From Chthoniobacteraceae bacterium (GTDB lineage Bacteria > Verrucomicrobiota > Verrucomicrobiia > Chthoniobacterales > Chthoniobacteraceae), in contig JANNWY010000287.1 in NCBI GenBank assembly GCA_031409335.1, positions 1 through 27,177 of the forward strand: DNA of 27,177 nucleotides. Direction: 5' to 3'. The notes beneath the pieces are model-generated. The model did no database searches. It was not told the DNA's origin and saw only the letters and a program-made list of their open reading frames with translations. Below are positions 26,619-27,177 of the stretch, in pieces. The position numbers were made by a program, and so were the translations under genes. Within the stretch, counting starts at the first letter, position 1; each line of letters opens with the position of its first letter.

Positions 26619-27177
26619 ATGATCTGTTTCAATCCCTTTCGCCGCCTCGCTTTCGCCGGGCTCGCCATCACCGCCGTGCCGCTTTTCGCTGCCGACGTTA
26701 CCTCGACGTGGAATGCAGGGAGCGGCAACTGGGGCATCAACGGGAACTGGACCAACGTGCCCGTCTTGGGCGGTTTCCCCAACAACGGCAATGTTGGAGT
26801 GCCCACTTACGACGCCGTCCTCTCCAACGGCGGCACCATCACGCTCGACCAGAACATCACCATCGAGAAATTCACGCTATCCAGCGGCACTGTCATGGGC
26901 AGCTTCAATCTCACGTTGAACGATAACCTCACCTGGACGGGCGGGACGATGGCGGGCACGGGGACGACGGGGGTGGCGGGGGCGGCTTCGACGATCAGCG
27001 GCAGCAGTGTCAAGGGGCTGGACCGCACGCTGAGCAACAGCGGGACGCTCACCTACAGCACGACCGACTTGAGCAGCCAGCCGATCTCCTTTGGCCGCAA
27101 CAGCGCCCTCACACCCGGCGTGCTCAACAACAGCGGCACCTTCAACGTCACGGCTGGCGGCGACTTTGAGCAATTCA
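26619..27177 (+). CDS. 5' part of a secreted Gly/Thr/Asn-rich beta-repeat protein (autotransporter-passenger-like or PEP-CTERM-type); runs off the window
   Basis: Hand translation has no stop in 186 codons: MICFNPFRRLAFAGLAITAVPLFA-ADVTSTWNAGSGNWGINGNW...LTWTGGTMAGTG...LSNSGTLT...LNNSGTFNV. Absent from the ORF track. Confidence 0.85.
   Translation, partial: MICFNPFRRLAFAGLAITAVPLFAADVTSTWNAGSGNWGINGNWTNVPVLGGFPNNGNVGVPTYDAVLSNGGTITLDQNITIEKFTLSSGTVMGSFNLTLNDNLTWTGGTMAGTGTTGVAGAASTISGSSVKGLDRTLSNSGTLTYSTTDLSSQPISFGRNSALTPGVLNNSGTFNVTAGGDFEQF

Overview
GC-rich bacterial chromosomal segment, most likely Verrucomicrobia (PVC superphylum). This is inferred from PSD1/planctomycete-cytochrome-c proteins, a DUF1501 protein, a TIGR03067 protein and a verrucomicrobial secretin-N-like domain. 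About 19 genes are present: a DUF2238 membrane protein; a minus-strand run (PSD1 protein, secG, orphan OppA, LpxL-WaaF fusion, a ~1525-aa duplicated membrane protein, TIGR03067 protein); coaX; a GYF_2 membrane protein; a PSD1+DUF1501 pair; a translationally coupled GcvH-like / CobW-type GTPase / Cu(I) P1B-ATPase operon; a secreted His/Cys-dyad protein; ilvN-ilvC; and the 5' end of a secreted beta-repeat protein missed by the ORF track. No rRNA, tRNA, CRISPR, transposase or phage genes were recognised. The most interesting items are (1) the lipoyl-carrier-like protein coupled to a metallochaperone GTPase and a copper pump, (2) a low-GC secretin-N-like cassette embedded in frame in the giant membrane protein, (3) several small palindromic and tandem repeat families, two of which sit inside coding linkers, and (4) a multi-stem structure after ilvC. 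All family assignments come from motif recognition by eye, not database searches.
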